This document shows positions 60,615 through 64,000 of a stretch of DNA of 64,000 nt, in pieces. A program made the translations under genes and the position numbers. Source of the DNA: Gammaproteobacteria bacterium (GTDB lineage: Bacteria; Pseudomonadota; Gammaproteobacteria; JABABF01); the NCBI GenBank assembly GCA_965205525.1, contig OZ242171.1:6289-70288 (forward strand), in the 5' to 3' direction. The notes under the pieces are model-generated. The model saw only the letters and a program-made list of their open reading frames with translations, was not told the DNA's origin and searched no databases. Position 1 is the first letter of the stretch. Every line of letters begins with the position of its first letter.

Positions 60615-60713
60615 GGAATTGCCGGCGGCCAATTTTGGTGCTGGTGAGGAAGGAAGACGGCTCTAGCAGTGTTTTCCGACCTGTTTGCTCGCTTCAATTG
60701 AAGGAGAAACATC

Positions 60714-61136
60714 ATGAACGCACTTAACCTTTCCCCCCTGTTCCGCACGACGGTGGGCTTTGACCGCCTCGCCAATCTTATGGATGCGGCGATGGATGCC
60801 AAGGTGCCGAACTACCCGCCCTACAACATTGAGGCGACGGGTAACGACTCCTATGACATCACGATAGCTGCAGCCGGCTTCGGGCGCGATGACATGGAAA
60901 TCAGCGTTGCGGACCAGACCCTGACCGTGCGCGGCCATGTGAAGGCGGAGGAAGAAAGCGAAAAAGGGCGCGAGTACCTCTACCGAGGCATCGCTGCGCG
61001 CAGCTTTGAGCGCAAGTTCAACCTCGCCGACCATGTGCGCGTCACCGGCGCGGAGCAGAAGGACGGGATGCTGACGGTCCACTTGGCCCGGGAGATCCCG
61101 GAGCAGCTGAAACCTCGTTCCATCCCCATCAAGTAA
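60714..61136 (+). CDS. ibpA: Small heat-shock protein, Hsp20/alpha-crystallin family (IbpA-like)
   Basis: Alpha-crystallin domain with PPYNIE...YDITIAAAGF...GMLTV and C-terminal IPI-like motif (SIPIK). 140 aa. Confidence 0.9.
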   Translation: MNALNLSPLFRTTVGFDRLANLMDAAMDAKVPNYPPYNIEATGNDSYDITIAAAGFGRDDMEISVADQTLTVRGHVKAEEESEKGREYLYRGIAARSFERKFNLADHVRVTGAEQKDGMLTVHLAREIPEQLKPRSIPIK

Positions 61137-61210
61137 GCCAGACGGCTTACCGCACCGGCGGGATTCGCAACTGGCGGATCCCGCCGGTTTTTATATCGGC
61201 GTATATCGCC

Positions 61211-62941
61211 TCAATACCCCAGTGCCAGCCCGCCGCTGCGGCGGGTATCTGCTGCGCCGTAAAGCCAGCCGCTGCCGATGGCAATAGTGCCTGCGTTGCC
61301 GATGGCTCGGTCTTGCACCAGGTTGTGTCCGGCTGCCCGCAGCAGGGCCAGGGTGTCGGGGCTGATGCCCCGCTCCGCCGAGAGCCGGTCGGGCATCCAC
61401 TGGTGGTGTATGCGGGGTGCGGCCACGGCTTCGGCGGGGTTCATGCCGTGGTCAGCAAAGTTCAGAATAATTTGCAGGACCGTGTTGATGATGGCGCTGC
61501 CGCCGGGGCTGCCGGTGACCAGCGCCAGCTTGCCGTCCTTGAGCAGCAGTGTCGGGGTCATTGAGCTGAGGGGGCGCTTGCCGGGCTGGATTGCATTCGC
61601 TTCACCGCTGAGCAGTCCGAAGCCATCCGGCTCTCCGGGGCGGGCGGCGAAGTCGTTCATCTCGTTGTTGAGAAAGAAGCCGAGCTTCGGCACCAGGATG
61701 CTGGAGCCGTAGCTGTAGTTCAGGGTATAGGTGTTGGCCACGGCGTTGCCTGCGGCATCCACTATGGAATAGTGGGTGGTGTCTTCGCTCTCCTCGGGCA
61801 GCACGGCCCCCGGCGCAACCTGGTCGGAGGGAGTGGCCCGCTTTTCGTCAATGCTCTTGCGCAGGCGGGCGGCGTACTCCTTGGCAGCAAGCGCTGCCAG
61901 CGGCACCGGCGTGAAGTCGGTGTCTCCCAGATAGCGGCTGCGGTCTGCGTAGGCGCGCCGCATGGCCTCGGCTGTCAGGTGCAGGGTGCGGGCGCTGCCC
62001 GCGCCGTATTCGGCGATGGGATAACCCTCCAGGATGTTCAGCATCTGCACCAGATGCACTCCGCCTGAGCTGGGGGGCGGCATGGAGACCACCCGATAGC
62101 CCCGGTAGTCTCCGACAATTGGTGTGCGCTCGGTGATCCGGTAGCGGGCCAGATCGGCGGCGGTTATCAAGCCGCCCCCGGCGCGCATGTCCGCCGCCAT
62201 AGCTTCGGCTGCAGAGCCCCGATAAAAGCCGTCCGCTCCGCGACGGGAAATTGCTTTCAGTGTGCGCGCCAGGGCTGGCTGGCGAAGCCGCTGACCAACC
62301 CGCAGGGTTGAGCCGTCCCGATTGAAAAGCAGTGCCCGCGCCCCCGGGTCCCGCGAAAGACGCCCGGACCACCGGGCCAGGGCAGCGGCCATCCCAGGGC
62401 TGACCGGGAAGCCCTTGCGGGCCAGGCGGATAGCCGGGGCCATGACCTTGCGGCGGGGCAGGGTGCCGTACTGCTCCAGGGCGTGAAGCAGGCCGGCAAC
62501 GGTGCCGGGCACCCCGGCCGCCCGACGGCTGAAGCGGGACAGGTTTTGGTCTACCTTGCCTGCGCCGTCTAAGAACATGTCCCGATGAGCCGCCATCGGC
62601 GCCCGCTCCCGATAGTCTATGGCCACAGTGCGGTTTTCTTCCGCTAAGTGCACCAGCATAAAGCCGCCGCCGCCGATGTTGCCCGCCCGCGGATAGGTGA
62701 CCGCCAGCGCAAAACCTACTGCCACTGCCGCATCTACGGCGTTGCCCCCCGCTCGCAGGATGTCCACGCCGATGCGGGTCGCCTCTGCCTCGGCGCTGAC
62801 CACCATGCCGTGCTTTGCCGCTATCGGCTGAAAGCGCACATCGTTGCGGAGGATGGGCTCCGACTTCTCCTGCGCCAGCGCATCCGGCAAGAGGAGCCAG
62901 GGCAGCAGGAGAAGGGGCAGGGCCCACAGTCTGAGTTTCAT
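61211..62941 (-). CDS. ggt: Gamma-glutamyltransferase (periplasmic, signal peptide)
   Basis: GGT family motifs including the autoprocessing site TTHYS(I)VD and GGGAIINT. Signal peptide MKLRLWALPLLLLPWLLLPDALA. Start at 62941 rather than the ORF start at 63043. Confidence 0.9.
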   Translation of the reverse strand: MKLRLWALPLLLLPWLLLPDALAQEKSEPILRNDVRFQPIAAKHGMVVSAEAEATRIGVDILRAGGNAVDAAVAVGFALAVTYPRAGNIGGGGFMLVHLAEENRTVAIDYRERAPMAAHRDMFLDGAGKVDQNLSRFSRRAAGVPGTVAGLLHALEQYGTLPRRKVMAPAIRLARKGFPVSPGMAAALARWSGRLSRDPGARALLFNRDGSTLRVGQRLRQPALARTLKAISRRGADGFYRGSAAEAMAADMRAGGGLITAADLARYRITERTPIVGDYRGYRVVSMPPPSSGGVHLVQMLNILEGYPIAEYGAGSARTLHLTAEAMRRAYADRSRYLGDTDFTPVPLAALAAKEYAARLRKSIDEKRATPSDQVAPGAVLPEESEDTTHYSIVDAAGNAVANTYTLNYSYGSSILVPKLGFFLNNEMNDFAARPGEPDGFGLLSGEANAIQPGKRPLSSMTPTLLLKDGKLALVTGSPGGSAIINTVLQIILNFADHGMNPAEAVAAPRIHHQWMPDRLSAERGISPDTLALLRAAGHNLVQDRAIGNAGTIAIGSGWLYGAADTRRSGGLALGY

Positions 62942-63111
62942 CTGCTCGCTATCGCCGGTCGGAGCAGGCGGTGAACTCTGTCGCCTGCTGAGCGGGTTCT
63001 GAGCATGCGGGGGGCAGCGCCCTCTGGCCGTCCATCTGCACAAGTTTCTTCCGAAGATGTCCGCCGATAATGGGCGGCATAAGAATAAGAACAGGTCTCA
63101 CAGGCTGATTT

Positions 63112-63684
63112 TTATCTGTCCACCGGGGGCGGCTGGGGCAGATGATGGGAGATGTCGCCCACCAGATTGGTCTTGTACATGCGGGAGACAAAGCGCCATT
63201 CACCGTCCACCTCTGCAAATTCATCCCGATAGCGGCCGCCGATAATCGGCTGCATGGGAAAGTCGGACATCGCTTGAAATACCACAAAACGGCTCCGCCC
63301 TCGGGCGGATTTGCCATCCGCTGACACTTCAATAATCGGGTTGCTGATGACATGGATGGTGTAAGGGGTGCCCCGCTCCTTCGGGAAATCCACTCGCTTT
63401 TCATTCCGGTCGTAATACTTGGTGAAGTCGCCGAACATTTTCTCCACACCTTCGCTGCCCGGGTAGGGCGCATCCTCGCTGCCGGCGTACAGGACAGCGT
63501 GCCGGAACAGCTCGTTCAGGGTTTCCATGTCACCGTCATCCACTGCTTCTGCATAGCGGTACAGCAGGTTGCAGATAGCGTGTCTGGCATCGGCGGCTTT
63601 GTTGTTCATGGGCATGTGCTCCTGGCGGGGAACTCCCTCAGCGGTGCTGAAGCGAGGTTGCGGAAACCTTCTTTCCTCTGGCAT
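63112..63684 (-). CDS. NTF2-like/SnoaL-like family protein (start possibly 63615)
   Basis: ~165-aa alpha+beta cone fold pattern (LLYRYAEAVDDGD...W..F). Family-level call only. Confidence 0.45.
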   Translation of the reverse strand: MPEERRFPQPRFSTAEGVPRQEHMPMNNKAADARHAICNLLYRYAEAVDDGDMETLNELFRHAVLYAGSEDAPYPGSEGVEKMFGDFTKYYDRNEKRVDFPKERGTPYTIHVISNPIIEVSADGKSARGRSRFVVFQAMSDFPMQPIIGGRYRDEFAEVDGEWRFVSRMYKTNLVGDISHHLPQPPPVDR

Positions 63685-63836
63685 TTTATTCCTACTTTGC
63701 TTTTTCTGTGCTCCATTTTTTCCGGATCCCTAGTCTGACACTTCCATATAACTAACACTATAGCGGGGACGTATTGCGATCATGCTTGATATTAATTATT
63801 CTTTTAAAAGTATGCGAATGTTCTATAAGACAGACG

Positions 63837-63998
63837 CTAAGAACTGTCTCGCCCAGACAGGTGAGCCAGTGTTTTCTGAATGGTCTCCCGTTCAAAGCCG
63901 CGGCTTTCCAGGTAGCGGGCGTGCTTCATCTTCTCTTCAAAGCTGGCCGGTGCCGCGCCGCCAAACTTGCGGGCATGCATGTGCTCTGCCAGCTCCTG
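63837..63998 (-). CDS. recX: RecX C-terminal fragment (partial, continues beyond window end)
   Basis: In-frame translation ...FEEKMKHARYLESRGFERETIQKTLAHL... resembles the terminal helical repeat of RecX. Confidence 0.45.
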   Translation of the reverse strand, partial: QELAEHMHARKFGGAAPASFEEKMKHARYLESRGFERETIQKTLAHLSGRDSS

Positions 63999-64000
63999 CC

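Larger units (their letters stand above)
55340..60700. repeat. Tandem gene array: ~280-bp conserved intergenic segment repeated 4x around three TPR/FRG-TPR genes
   Basis: Segments 55350-55510, 56812-57095, 58296-58583 and 60570-60660 (truncated) share gg(c)ggccctcttgaaat(c/t)tggttttatattcctacataggaattgcc...agtaaatctgcttcgc...cataaaacacttgagggtatgcc...atgaaaaaagtacagaaactaataaa. Confidence 0.9.

Overview
This is a GC-rich window from a gamma-proteobacterial chromosome: a conserved core backbone interrupted by several AT-rich accessory insertions.

Core genes, in order:
- lptA (3' end), lptB, ptsN, rapZ and npr(ptsO), with no rpoN or hpf between lptB and ptsN, then mgtE.
- A convergent yhdP-like AsmA-family gene followed by mreD-mreC-mreB.
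- Cytochrome c5, cytochrome c4, a DsbA-like protein (CPAC active site) and 7Fe ferredoxin FdxA.
- An LpxL-like acyltransferase and a His/Glu-rich TonB-dependent receptor.
- A sugar-phosphate isomerase, an alpha/beta (epoxide-type) hydrolase whose ORF lacks a timely stop and reads through an antisense tRNA-Ser(CGA), then purC, bamC, dapA and an SDR.
- A 2130-aa Sec-signal giant protein of three ~700-aa macro-repeats with conserved Cys motifs and a dockerin-like tail. No known domain was recognised by eye.
- A minus-strand catabolic cluster spanning 28.1-46.0 kb: extradiol dioxygenase, KshA-like Rieske oxygenase, Tat-amidase, CitE-like lyase, adrenodoxin-type 2Fe-2S ferredoxin, HAD hydrolase, NUDIX, amidohydrolase-2, MaoC hydratase, SDR, NTF2-like protein and an epimerase.
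- Further along: a MopB molybdoenzyme, ibpA, ggt, an NTF2-like protein and the 3' end of recX.

Accessory, AT-rich insertions:
- A ~2.0-2.6 kb segment repeated tandemly about 2.3 times (33.8-38.6 kb) inside the catabolic cluster. Each unit carries a 5' fragment of the ferredoxin gene, its upstream region, a conserved small ORF and a TPR-DUF2971-like fusion gene. One copy is split by a short-repeat frameshift and carries a 12-bp x11 in-frame microsatellite. The repeat abuts a eukaryote-like sulfotransferase whose C-terminus is encoded by repeat sequence.
- A Type III restriction-modification island (Mod, HTH-ImmA/IrrE peptidase, DUF4411 PIN-like protein, Res).
- A tandem array of three near-identical-repeat TPR genes, one fused to an FRG domain and one frameshifted. 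Each is separated by a ~280-bp repeated intergenic segment that appears to derive from the ibpA promoter/5'UTR.

No CRISPR array, transposase or integrase was seen. All functional calls rest on motifs and architecture read by eye and need HMM/BLAST confirmation.
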